A stretch of 64,000 nt of DNA from Antechinus flavipes (taxonomy: Eukaryota): positions 41,292,001 to 41,356,000 of the forward strand of contig NC_067401.1 of NCBI RefSeq assembly GCF_016432865.1. The letters run 5' to 3'. Position 1 is the stretch's first letter. Each line of letters starts with the position of its first letter. This document shows, one piece after another, positions 31,801 to 45,290 of the stretch. The position numbers and the translations under genes were made by a program. The notes beneath the pieces are model-generated. The model worked only from the letters and a program-made list of their open reading frames with translations. It was not told the DNA's origin and did no database searches.

Positions 31801-34800
31801 TATTTGGTCACCTTTTTTCATCATTTAGTGTGTTTTACCATTCTGAAAGATTGGCTGATAATATTTTAATGGTCCTATCAAAAGACAAAGTTGTTCTGGG
31901 TCTATGCTCACTCATAGGCATAGGAAATGTTCAGAGGGTTGCTGCATGGATAGGCTGAAGCCTGTTAGTAGGTTTAGTCTAGTAAAGAAATCCCTTCATC
32001 CCGAGTCTTTTGTGCATATGCTTTTGGTTCAGATCCACCACAGCTAAAGAGAACAAGAATTCATTTTGAAAGCAGAGAATAACAGACACAATCATGGGTA
32101 AATTATGAAGGGGATTTTAGAACTGAAAATGAAATTACCTTCAGTGATTCTGGCAGCACATTTTGCTTCTCATTTGCTTTTCTGTTTTGAGAGACCACAT
32201 TATTACAGTACACGTTCTTTTTCTAAGTAGAAACATTTTCCTCCTTAAATAGGACAAAAGTATGAAGAATTTAGTTGGTTCTAATCCTAGAATTTAAAAT
32301 ATATTCTAAAGAAGAGATCTTGAGTATCTAACATTTCTAGTGCTTTTATGTTGAAAAAAACCTAATATTTGCCTCATTGTCCTAACCATCAAAGTGACAG
32401 AAAATAAATAGGGACCTATTAAACCCATTACTCATAGATCTCAGAGTCCTTTACAAACCACAACAAATATTTTAACCTTAACTGAAAATCATTTTCTATA
32501 TAAGACACACAACTGTGGAACTTTATGCATAATCTAGCTACCATATTGGACCCATTTGAAAATCATTTTCATTAGAAAAGTGTTGTCTAGAATGGCACTG
32601 TTCTAGGTAGGCAGCTGGTTGAGCAGTTTGAAGAGTGATGAGAGTTTTAAGGTAACTTTTATAATAACTTGTACAGAAAAACTTTGCCTTAACAAACCAC
32701 AAGGAAATATACATTCTGGAAAAAGTTGTTTTTCAGAGGCTATGTGAGGATTAAAGTCTAAGCTAGATGAATTTCCTTTTTGCGGTTTCCATAATTTTCT
32801 GAGAAAGCCAATAGGTAGGTGATGTCTGACACTGAACTTAAGAAGCAGTTTAGTGGTTTGAGATGGGTTTGAGGGTCTGGAATTCCTGAAGACTGTTGAA
32901 ACTCTTGCTTATCTCATTGGGAAGGTTGCTCTATTATGAGTTGAACCAATGTTCTCTAGTTAAAATATTTTAAATGAGAAAATGAGTGTGAAACAAGGCT
33001 TTGGGAACCATATGAAGGGGATAGTTCCAGATATGTGTGGTAGCATGTAAATTTTGGGAATATAATCAGATAAATGTGTTGGCATATGTCATCCAGAAAA
33101 CAAGTCAGGAAATTGTCAGAAAATAGTCTGGGTCCCATCTTCTTAAACTGTGGTTTGGAACACCATGTGGGGTCTCATGACTGAATGTGGGGGTTGAAAT
33201 AATGATTTATCATCAGTAAATGTTTGATTTATAGACCTGTTTTATATATTTATAGACTCCAGATCATGTAAAAATTTATTAAGTGAAAAGTTTAAGAAGT
33301 CTTGCTGTAGGTAACACTTAGACAAGATAGAAACATAAATATATTACAGATAAAGACATTACAGACTTGTCTTTGGGACCATCATATAATGGAATAGTCA
33401 GAATGCTGAATTTTCTTATGTGCCTGGAAATGAAGGTTATATAAGGGTTATATCTTCACGTTTAGAAGATTTTATAATCTGTGCCTCTGTTCAGAAGAGG
33501 ATGGGTTAATGACTAGAGTGCTGAATTTGCAAGCATGGGCCCTTATTGTGTTCTCAAACACTGTAAGATCACTTAATTATTCAGAATCTCAGTTTCCCAG
33601 TCTGTAAAATGGCAGTAATATTTGTACTTGCTGCTTCATCAGGTCATAAGGATAAAGGGTTGCAAACTTATATTAATGTTCTATAAATGCAAATTATATG
33701 GAAATGGAAAAGAAAGGAATTCGTCACTTTATACTTTACTTGGGGATCAAATTGGAAAAAGGGCATAGGAATAAATAAGTTGGTGAATTCTGGACTTTTC
33801 TCTCTCATACTCTTGATATCTAAGGTTTCATGTTAGTGTTTAACTCTGACTTCTAATTTTGGATCCCTACAGAGATTTCTTTTTTATTTAAAAAAAAAAT
33901 CTTTTTTTTTTTTTAAACATAACAATCACTTTCTTTTAATGCTTTCCCCTTTGAATCTTTTCTTGTAACAGACAGCAAAGACAATTTAAGCAAAGCTAAC
34001 TGACATTGAAGGAGTAAGGTATGTTAATTAACAATTTTCTCATTCTGAGATTGTTCATTATAGTTCATCATTTAGCATTATTTACATTATTGCAATAATG
34101 AGATATGTTGTTTTCATGGTTCTGCTTTCTTTTCACCTTGTCAGTAACCCAGGACTCTATTTTTCTTATTTGTTCATGATGTTGGAGATGAAGATGACAC
34201 AGATGACACTGTTTATAACTTGAGTTGAAGTTACACTTACTAACTTCATGCAAGACTTTCCAGGTTTCTCTGAATTTCTTTCTGCGTGTTGTACAATATT
34301 TCTTATGATGCATTGCATTCTGATACCACAAATTTTCCAGCTGTTTTCTAGTCAATGGATACCCATTATTTCCATTTCAAGTATTTTTGCATTCACTAAG
34401 TTTATGGTTAGGAATACTTTGTCACATCAATTGCCATAGTTTCTCTCAGTGACTTCGTTGGGGCATATGCTTGGTAGTGAGATCATTTTGTCAAAGAGTA
34501 TGAATCTGATTAGACTTTTAGATTGAAAAGCTGAACTTCAGCCAAGGGCCTAATAGAAGTATTGTTCAGATCTGAGACTAGAATTCAGTAGTTTGTATTT
34601 GCTGATCCCTTGCAGCAATATCTGTTGTCGCTGTAGTTCCTGAGACCAGAGGATTTGGATCACTCTTCTCAGGTTACACACCGCAGAAGTGATATCTAAA
34701 AGAAGAGTATCCAAATCTTTGTTAGTTGGAAGCTAAATGAAATAGTAACGTTGCACGTAACTTAGTAAGACAGCTAGAAATACCAGTTTGAAAACAAAAG

Positions 34801-37800
34801 TAGAAAACAGACCCCCCCCCCCCTCCCTTCCCCCGTAGACCTTCAGTCAGTATCTTGTCATGATAGACACCGAGTCTACTTTGTGTGCTCTGTGCTGCTG
34901 AGAATGCCTTCATCAGCCTAGGAAGGTGTGTCCTTGTGTCTAGCTCTTGTTCTTGAAAATGACACACTGGCTATAATTTGAACCAATTCAAGCCAGCTTA
35001 TCCTGTGAATGGAGAGAAGTTACCTGATTAACCCCTTTACTCTGACATACCCACTTATGAAATGATCCGGTGGTCTACTTACTGGGAGCTTAAGTGCTTG
35101 GAGAGAACGCGAAAATCCTTGGCTGCATAATAGCCTAAGACTGAGAAATACTATTATTCACATACCTTGAGCAGTTCCTGAAGAAAGACAAAGCCCTGAG
35201 CATAGCTTAACAATTTTTTGTAGTTCTCAAATGATTTCTTTACACATAAGCAATTGATTAGTTCATTAAACAAGGTATTTCATTATTTTTGGGGGCTCTT
35301 CTATTGTTGGAATGAGAGAATAAGGTACATTTCCTCTCATACTATTTCTTTGGTTGGTTTTATTTTTCTGTTAGCTATTAGGGCACTGACTTTGGAATAT
35401 GGTTAGAGCTGAACTCATTGTGTGTGTTTAGAGCAGAAGCTTGATAAGGTCTTGGCAAAGGTCTTAGGGGTGATACCTAAAATTTGTTTTGAGCTACAAA
35501 GTGTTGGTTTGAGAAAATATTTTGTAACATTAGCATTTGAGTCACGCAGCTCTCCCACTTTAGTATCCCTTCCTCCTCCCTTTGAATCCCTTCCCCTTTC
35601 TTGTACCCTTCCCTTATTACTCTTTTTCCTTCTCCCTTTTCCTCTCCCATTTTTTAATGAAGTGAGAGAAGAATCTCTGTAAAACAAATATGTCAATTGT
35701 TTCCTCTTTGAGCCAACTCAAAACCCTTGTCTCAGGATTGCTGAGAGAGTATGTTTGTAAGTCACACTGTTTACCTGTTTGTGTGATAACATACTTGTTA
35801 GTAAGACAGCTATGTCAAATCAGCTTTCGCTGCTTGTTTTGGGTTGTTCACTTTCAAAGTCAGAAATAGATTGTTGAAGTGCTGGTAACATAATGATGAA
35901 TTAAAAATACACTTTAAATTTGTCAGGCTTAGTGTGATAAATCACCAGAAATTATTGGTTTTTTATTTTAGGTGAAGTGTATAAACTGAATAAAGAGATA
36001 CTTATGTTTTACTGTTGTGTCAGAACCTTTTAAACACAAAAACCATTATTAAATAAGCTGATTAAAATATAGCTTGAATAATTTTCTCCCCTATAAAACA
36101 TACTAGGTATCATAATATCAAAAAATGGGAGGAATACATACTCTGTTTATCTCCCAGGATTTTTGTGAGACTATGCAAAGTTTTATACAGATGTAAAGAA
36201 GCATTGGCTTGTTTAGTTTATAACCAAATTTCCATTCTCCAAATAAAAGAATTGCTATAGTTGTTTTTGTTTTGCCTTTATATCTATATATTTTGGGGTT
36301 ATTGTTAATATCTTTCATATCATTGGTGTTAGTTGGTATCATTAGTACAATCATGACAGCCTGCAGTATAGTGAAAAGAGCCTCAGGAGTCTTGGGTTTG
36401 AATCCTTCCTCTGACAATAGTTTCTGCCTTATTAGATTGTTAGGAGGTAAATGCTAAGCAAATCTAAAGGGCTATATAATCTGAATAAATAGGTACAAAA
36501 ACCTTGGGGTGGTGGAGCTAAACTTTGTGAAGTTCTAGATATGATATATAAGGTTTAGGAGGAAAAAAAAATTCCTGCCTTGTAAACTCCTTTGCACTAT
36601 CTGTTTGATTCACACATATCAGGTACTATGGAAGAATAAAGTTTATAAGATTACCAGAGTATTTCTTGCCAAACTCTCGCTTACTGTGATCACTTCTTAG
36701 CTTTTATTTTTTAATGAAATTTATATTATCCAAATTCATTCAATTAATTTTTGTATATGTGCATAAAGCCTATTAGACACAGGGTGCCTTTAGTAATTTC
36801 ATCATTGTTTAAAAAAGGGGTCTAAGTTTCTGATTTAAAAAAATCTTTACACTCTACTGAAAGGGCTTAATGTTTGAAGCATGAAGCAGAGCTAATTAGG
36901 AAGGAGAATGAAGTGTGCACAGCTCAGATCACTTGGAGCTTCAGAAATCTGGGATGAAAGTAAAACAAAAGGGGTAATATTAAAAAATGGATTTTTTTTG
37001 ATGATATGATAGTAAACAATAACACTTTTGAAGCCAGCCAATGACTTGTCCAATCTAACAGTTTTATTCCCGATTTAAACAAAATTGTTTTTATATTTTA
37101 ATGATATAAAGATGAATTCCTCCCATCTTATCTGTCTAAAGGGGGAGGTCTTGGCTAAAAATTAATTCTTGACACATTGCTTGACAGTACAACTCAAAAT
37201 AATATAGCTTATACATAGGTCATCAGACTTTTTGTACACTTAGTTCAGAGAATTGTAAGAAAAGGTTTCCAGAAGAAACTTTAACCACATACTTTGGAAC
37301 TGAGAGCATCATTCCAAATTTTGCACAGTCACAGGGTCAGCTATTTCCATGGGTATTTCTGCAGCAGGCCCCTATTTATCTTTTAGTAGCTCCAAGTAGT
37401 TATGATAGGTATCAGTGATTTTGTGGAGAATACCATGGTCACTTAATTCCTTTGGGCCTCCGTTTTGGTTTTGGGTTGGTTTGTTTGTTTGTTTGTTTTC
37501 CCTAAGATGAGTTTGAAATAAATTTCTTACTTTTCTTCCAGTTTTATGATCTGATGGTTCTGTGATTTGGTTTTTCAGGTTATTTGGCTTCTAGCTAAAA
37601 GGGAGTTTCTTATGTTGTTGTTATTGTTTTTATCCCCTAGTACAGTACTTTAAACCTAAGATATCTGCTGAAATAAGCTTGACTGGAATTTTATGATTAA
37701 TTTAGAAACATTAAGAATCTATGGCGTCAAGGCCACAAATATTTTAGCTTCCTTAACTCTCTACTACAAGAGGAATGGCCAGTATTTAAGATACTAGGAT

Positions 37801-40800
37801 TGAAGGTGTGATAACAGAGCTACTTTGTTCATTACTGCCTTAAAACTTTGCCTCTGTAATTCACTTAAAGAATATTTGCTACATGTTGTTGAATAACAGT
37901 GTCAGATCCTTGATATGAATTCAGCTGGTAACTGTGAAGTGAAATAATTGCCTTCTTAATTCGGTTTTACAGGTACACTTGTTTCCTTGAGCTTCTTGGT
38001 TTTAAAAATGTTTTTAACTCATTATCTGCTGGCTTTATAATAACCCCCAGGGTGCTATAAGTGTGCCTCTGTGAGACACCATATTTATGGAGCAGTCAAT
38101 AACTGAATCCCAGGTAGAATTTTATATTGATGAAAATTTCTGCAGGGCAGTTGGAAGCTTTTGAGTGGATAGTAGATTTGAGACCTATAGAGTTGGACTA
38201 TTCTGAACTCAGAAATTTCTCAGGTTTTTTCTTCAGTTCTCTTTGAATGTCTTGTTGGATGTGTATAAACTTCATCGCTAACTAGAAGACAATCAACTCT
38301 TCTTTCTATAGGAAGATACCAGCAGGATTTTTTCCCCCCAACGATAACCTGTGATTTCATTAATATGGGAACTCCAAGTATGAAATTGTCCAGGGTCTCC
38401 CAGCTAGGATGTGAGACAGGCAGGCCTTGAACAAGTCTGCCTTACTTCAAGATTGGTCATCCCTCCAGTTTATCTGCTATTTCCCAGAGGATAAGGTTAA
38501 TTACTACCATTCTTGCTAAGGGGAGATATTAAGTTAAAGATCTGACACCAAAATTTCTTTTGTTTCTCCTTTTTTCCTTTAAAAAAAGTTTTACTCCCTT
38601 TGGCCTTTATGTATCATTTTGTGATCTTTCAGTCACTTTAGTCACGACCCCCATTTTTGACCCCATTTGAGGTTTTCTTGGCACAGATATTGAGTGGTTT
38701 GCCATTTCTTCCTATAGCTCATTTTATGTATAAGGAGGTACTGAGGCAGACAGAGTGAAGTGACTTACCTAGGGTCACACAGGTTTCTGAGACTGGCTTT
38801 CAATTCACATCTTCTTGCTTCCAGGCCCGGTACACCATCTAAAATAGCAGTGATGCTGCTCACATCTTAGACCTCATTAGTTTCTGATTATCCTCTATCC
38901 AGCACATCTTCTGTTACAAAGATTTTAAAACAAAATAGCATTTTTAATTATAGAGGTTAATTCCATGCTTTCATCTTGCTGCCATTCTGTTTGCTTCTTG
39001 TTGGCCTATTGTATTTGGCATGATAATTTGCAAAGATATTATGATATATTAATTCTTATTCCAATGAGATGCTGAATGAGATATAATTAAGAAGGTAAAT
39101 TGTACCTGGAAATTAATGTAGTATATTTCAAAACTAAATGTAACTTGGGGATTGCTAAAATGCAACTTTTCCTTTCTTTTGGTATGAGTAAAGTTTTCAA
39201 CAATTGAATATTTTATACCATTAGAGAAGTTGGAGGGTTTTTTTGTTGTTGTTGTTGTTGTTGTTGTTGTTTTTTTAAGAAGGGATGAAATGGTTGCTTT
39301 TGATATTTATTATAGTTAAAACTGTTTTCCTAGAAACTTTGCCTCCCAGCCACAGTACTGTCTTCCATGCCCCAAGTTTGTGAGTGGCACAGTATTGTGC
39401 AGTAGAATGATACCACTTACTTCAACTCAATAGATGTTGCTAGAAATATCAAGTCTAGATCTCCAGATAAATGAGACCACTTAAGTTTGAGCTAAGTAGT
39501 AGGGAGTGGTCCTGGGTCAATTTTAATGAAACCACTTAACTGCCCCAAAGTGTGGATCCCTCTCAGGAGAGTTTCAGGGCTCACCCCAAAGTTCAAGGAG
39601 GACAGTTTCAGGGTTCCCCTATCAGTAAGATACTTTCTTTTGTCTCTTCCAGAAATTTCTTAGGGTATCTCTTGTCTTTTGCTTTGTAGCCAAGGGAAAA
39701 TTCCCTGAGACTTTTTTTTTAATTCCCCTATGGAGGATTTAATACTGAAATGCTTCCATTGAAATGAATGTTTAGTGCTGTACCTCTGTGATGACATCCA
39801 GCTGATATTTAGAAAGAACACTGGAGTTGAGTAGAGAAGGACCTTATTTTTATTTTGCTGAAGAAGAAAGCTCCTGTGTCCATAAAAGAAATTAAGGAAG
39901 TCATCAGAAAAAAAAAAAAAAAACCCAGTTGGCCCCTAGTGTTCTATTTGGGGTCCAATCCAGCAAGTGCTTATTTACCTAGCATTCTGCTGATGCTGGC
40001 AACTCAAAGACAAGAGGAAAATTAGCCCTACTCTCAGGAAGTTTACAGTCCAGTATGAGGTTTTTGATTGTACTTTATCTACAGGAAAACTTGAGCCAAG
40101 AGCAAGTCCCAGCTACTAAGGAAGGCAGGAAAAGTTTTCCTAAGAGTGTGTATGGGTGAGCCTTGAAGGAAGGGGAAGAGGCTTGAATTCCAAGCTTGAG
40201 ATACATGCAAAAGCATGAGACAGGAGAATATGAAATACCTGGAATAATGAATAAATCAGTTAGACTAAAATGTAGAATGCTTGAAGAAAAATAACATTCA
40301 GTAAATCTGAAAAGACAGGGTGATATCAAGCTGATGAATGTGTATCTTATCCTTGAGCAATAGGAAGCCATTGGCAGTCCTTGAGGTCAGACCTTTGTTT
40401 TAGGAAGGTTATTTTAGCAGTTGTTTGGAGGATGGATTGGAGAAGGGAAACTAACAGTTAATCTTTTAGAAAAATAGTCTATTTAATAAGGAACATGTAC
40501 CCTTATTGGGTCATGTCGTAACTCTTGAGTGTTAAGCCAATTGTTGGAGAGTTTCACTTCAGTTTCTGATGTTGAACCATTTGACAGTGCCATAGACTTT
40601 GGTGGTGAGAACTTCCCTTTTTGGGTCTTCAAAATATGTGACTGTAGTCTCAATTGGAACAGTTACCTGCCTCTATCTTCATGGGGCTTGTTTCTTTTGA
40701 CTTTCTTATGTTTGTTGGAACTATTTTGTTGGCATCATTCCAACAAATGGTTGTTGGATGGCTCTGCAGCAGTAGTGTCTGAGTTCAGTGAGAAATCATG

Positions 40801-43800
40801 TTTATACTATTATTTGCCTTCAGAGTTTCATGAAGAAAGGAGTGGTCTGGGATCTTTCTGCTTTCTTTCATTTTGTTCAGTAGCATTTGGCAGCTTCAGT
40901 CATAGCTATCTTTTAGACTTGCCAAGCCCTTCTGCTGCAGCTCCAGTGTTGTGGCAGAGGCCACTCCTCCCTTTCCCAGGTCTCCTCATTGATAGGACGC
41001 AAGCTCTGCCTCACCCTCCCCCCCTCTCCCCCCCTTCTCAGTCCAGACTCAGCTTTACCCATTCACCAGTGATTTCTGAATTACAAATCTGGTGGCCTTT
41101 TTGGAATCCTCATTTTCTTTGACCCCTCTGACCATCTTCCTTCCCTGTTTACTTAAGACAATTAGGAAGAAAAATAGAGGAGTGTAATGTCACAAAAACC
41201 TAGAGGAAGGTATCAAGGGGAAGAGATTGATCAGCAGTGTCAAGCTGCAGAGAGTTCAAGAAGGATGAGAACTGAGAAAAGGCCCAGTAAGATCTGGCAG
41301 ATAAGAAATCATCTGGGAATGGGGTGAGCAGAGCCAAGCGGCAGGAAGAATACATTGAATATTACCTCCAATTCTGCCAGACAGAGCTAGAAAATTCACA
41401 AGACTGAATCCTGATAGGGCAATCCAAGAAAACATCATAGTGAGTCATTTTTCTAGCCCTGGTCATCATAGGGAGAGAGACTGTGCTCACTGGAGAATGG
41501 GTGTGGTATAATACACTTTGTTACAACACTGTGGTGTCAAAGAGAGGTAGTGCTTCATGGCAAAAGGAGGTCTCACTCCATACTGGGGAATGTTTTTATT
41601 AACGAAATGAGAACACTAGAGGGGAAAAAGTGGAAAAGAAATAAGAGCTACTGAAGAAAAATTAGAGGTACAAGAGTTATAAAACCTTACTCATGTAACA
41701 AACTCCCTAATCTTTAGAATGAGCCAAATAAAAACGCATCTATATGAGATAACAAATATCAAAATGAAGTCAAAAGATTGAAAAAATAGAAGACGACATT
41801 ATGCTTATCCAAGAGATTGAGGAGAAAAAGAAATTTAAGCATCATTGGACTATCTGAATGCCATTGATGTATTTGAGATACAGCACCAAATGATGAGATT
41901 GAAGTGAGCAGTTAGCATCAAATGTTGAGGTTGGTCACGTTAAAGTGGTTGATATAGACCCTAGATGATGGTAGGCACCAAATTTTAGTGTTCAGTCATA
42001 TGAAGAATTCACAATGGCCATCCTCTTTGACAAAAGGTAGTTTTATTTCAGAGAAGAGGTTATAGACAAAATAAAGAGCTACAGCAGACACCAGGAATGG
42101 TTAAAAATAAAATCAAGTTGGAAGAGCATAAGAGGTTTTATGGAAAGGGCAAGTTCCCTAATCATTTACTAGTAAAAAGGAAACACCCCATGAGGTTGGC
42201 ATGCCTTTATCTGGGAGGCTAGATCATGAAAGGAATTTAGCACCCTAAAAGAGAGTTAGCTATAAGAAGTAGAATTGAGAAGCATAGCAAATTTAGGGGA
42301 GACACCATGTGGGAGGAAAGAGGGAAAAGACTTCATGAGGCAGAGGGCCATGCTTAGACTGACTTTGACTTAATTAACAATTCACATTTTTCCCTTAATG
42401 ATTATGTTCGCTTGAGAGACATAATAAACTCCTGAAGTGTTAAATATGCAATAGATTTAGGAGAACATACAGTTAGCAAGGAAAGGACAAATTCCTTAGG
42501 AGAACTCACAGTCAACCAAGAGAAAGGTAACCCACTATGAGGTGGGACTGGGACTATGCCATTGACTGGCACTCTAAATCCAAAAAGAAGTTCAGTACCC
42601 TAAAAAAGTTACAATGATGTGTGGGAGAGACCTGGGGTATATAATGGGAAGAGACATACCACAGGCAGAACACGTTCCTGGGCTAACCCAAACAAGGTTC
42701 AGAACAAATGGCATAGGCCATGGACAGATTTATAGGAGAACTTTAACCTGGAGGGTTTGATATAACTTGGGTTTCTATTGATATATAAGTCGGGTTATCC
42801 AAGACCCCACAGGGAGTGAGCCTATATGGTTGAGCTGGTCTCTGACAGTGCTCTTCCCTGCTTTCTCTGTCAAATCATCTTACTGACCAGGACTTCTTCA
42901 TCGGGACAAAAAAAAAAAGAGAAAGAGAAAAACCACTCCGCTCAAGTTCCAGTAAAATTTCATTTTCTATAGGAATCCCTTTGCATCTCTCAATTCTAGT
43001 GCACCCCCCCCCCAATTATTTATTGTTTTCTGTGATGTCTCTTGTTTGTACATATTTGCTAGTGTTATGCCATAGTCTTCTTGAGGTCCTCCTACCTCAG
43101 TTACTCTGCCCCAAAACCCCAGGCTATAATCATTCCTTCTTAATGTTTGCTAGGATAAAGGTCTTTCCATTTTAGACATCATTAGAATATCAGTAACTTC
43201 TCCAGTACCTCCCTCCATTTTGTCATTCTAAGTGCCTCCCTCCATGAGGTTATCCCCATCTAGATACCTCCTCCCATTATATCATTGTTCTTATTATCCT
43301 ATAAAAAAATCTTGCTGTCTGATATTCAGGGCTGGATACTTTTCGACGAGAGTCCTATCCAGTCAATTGATTTACTCTCCAATAAATTAATAATCAAATT
43401 GTTCTCTAATCTCTGTCCTGTCTCAGTTTCTCCGGCATTACACTAGCTGGTTATTTCCCCCTTTAGACGGTGAGTTCCTTGAGGGCAAGGACTGCCTTTT
43501 GTTTTTGTTAGCCTGGGTTTTAGTTCTATGTCTGGCATACAGCAGGTATTTGTTGACCAATTGAACTTAGAACTAGAGGGTAAAGTGGAAATGAAAATTC
43601 CCAGGAATATTAGAGCTTCCAGGTCACATAAAAAATGCTACAAGCAGCTAGAAAGAAAGAATTGGAGTTCTGAGGAAACACAATTTAAGGTAGAAGGAAA
43701 TAATTCCATTGGACTTGGGAGAGGGAAAGTTAAGTCTTTAATAACACAAGTGTAGAAGTATGCGACTCTAGAATAGGCACACTTGCAATCAGTAGATAAG

Positions 43801-45250
43801 TATTTTTATATTGTCACCGGAAATGGAAGTCTCTTCCCATTGATTGATTACTATCGAGATCACAGCCTAAACTGAAGTGCCTAATCTTACAATATGAGCC
43901 TCTACTCCTAGTTAAATCATCACTCTGTCTCCTCCCCTCAATTGAATATGTCTTTAATTAAATTCTTCCCTTTCATTTTTGACTAAGTCCCCACCTCTGA
44001 TTACATTTTATAGTCCTTTGCAATTCTGAGTCTCCACCCCATAATTTTTTTCCCCTTGTTCTGTGCTAGCCTTCATTTCTTAAGTTTCAATTTCATTTTT
44101 CTGATTTAAGTTTCATAATTTGGTGGAAACTAAATCTTCATCCAGTTTTCACAGGGTTACAAATGATTTAGCAACCATCACTAATAAGGAGCAGAAAAAA
44201 AAAAACTAATAAGGAGCAGAGAGCTTGGAAAACTATTTCAGAAGGCAAAGGATATAAGATTACTGCTAAGAATAATTTACCAGCAAAACTGAACATAATC
44301 ATTAAAGGGGGGGAAATGAATTTTTAATGAAAAAGAGGACTTCCAAGCATTTTTGATGAAAAGACCAAAACTGCATGAAACTTTAAAGTTCAAATACAGG
44401 AGTTAAAAAAAAAACAAACCCAACTTAAGGTAAATATGATTGAGCAATGGATAGGAGTTTAGACAAGAATAAAGTACTTATATTTAGATATAGGGAGATA
44501 CTGCATATCTTCTCAGAACCCTGTCATTAGGGGTTATAGAGACTATCTGATTAGAACCTGAGAGAGGTTCTTTTAGATTTTGGTGATCTTACAAAGAAGA
44601 ATGGAAAAAGAAGAGAAATTTGCTGGTGGGTGGGGAGGATGAGGAAGGTGAGGAAGAACAGAAAAATTTATCTCACAGAATCTAGGTGTTCTGGTAGACT
44701 TGTTGAGAAAGTGGGAGGAAAGTGTGGGGGTTGGGGAAGAGATTTTTCAAATCTCATTCTCCTTTGAACTGGTCTAAGGAGAGAAGAATACACATACATA
44801 AGCAGATTTGGTTATAGAAATCTTTTCACTGAAGAGGGGGAGAAGGAGGAATTAGAGGAAAGGTACATTAAGGGAGAATTGCTTTATGAGTTACACGAAT
44901 ATTTGGATCTTTTTTTGAAGCTGCAATGAATGGGAATCTGAGAGGATGCCTATCAGTTGGGAAATGACTGAAGAGATTATAGAGTATAAATGTAGTAGAA
45001 TACCACTGTGTTTGTAAGAAATGATGACTTTTGTTTCAGAGAAACATGGAAAAGCTTGTATGATGCAGAGTGAATTGATCAGAACTAGAACAGTTGATAT
45101 AGTGACAATTGTAAAGTCAAACAATTTTGAAAGAATTAGGATCGCTAATCCTAAGAATGACTAACTATGATGCTGGAAAACTAATGAAACATGTTACTCC
45201 CACCTTCTGATAGAGGTGAAAGATTTAGTTTAGAATCATTCATTTTCTCT

Positions 45251-45290
<40 letters not shown>

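Noticed and set aside
40529-41122. 197-aa plus-strand ORF in RNF115 intron 1
   Set aside because: No recognisable domain, starts at a non-ATG codon, low-complexity Ser/Leu/Phe composition, among decayed repeats.
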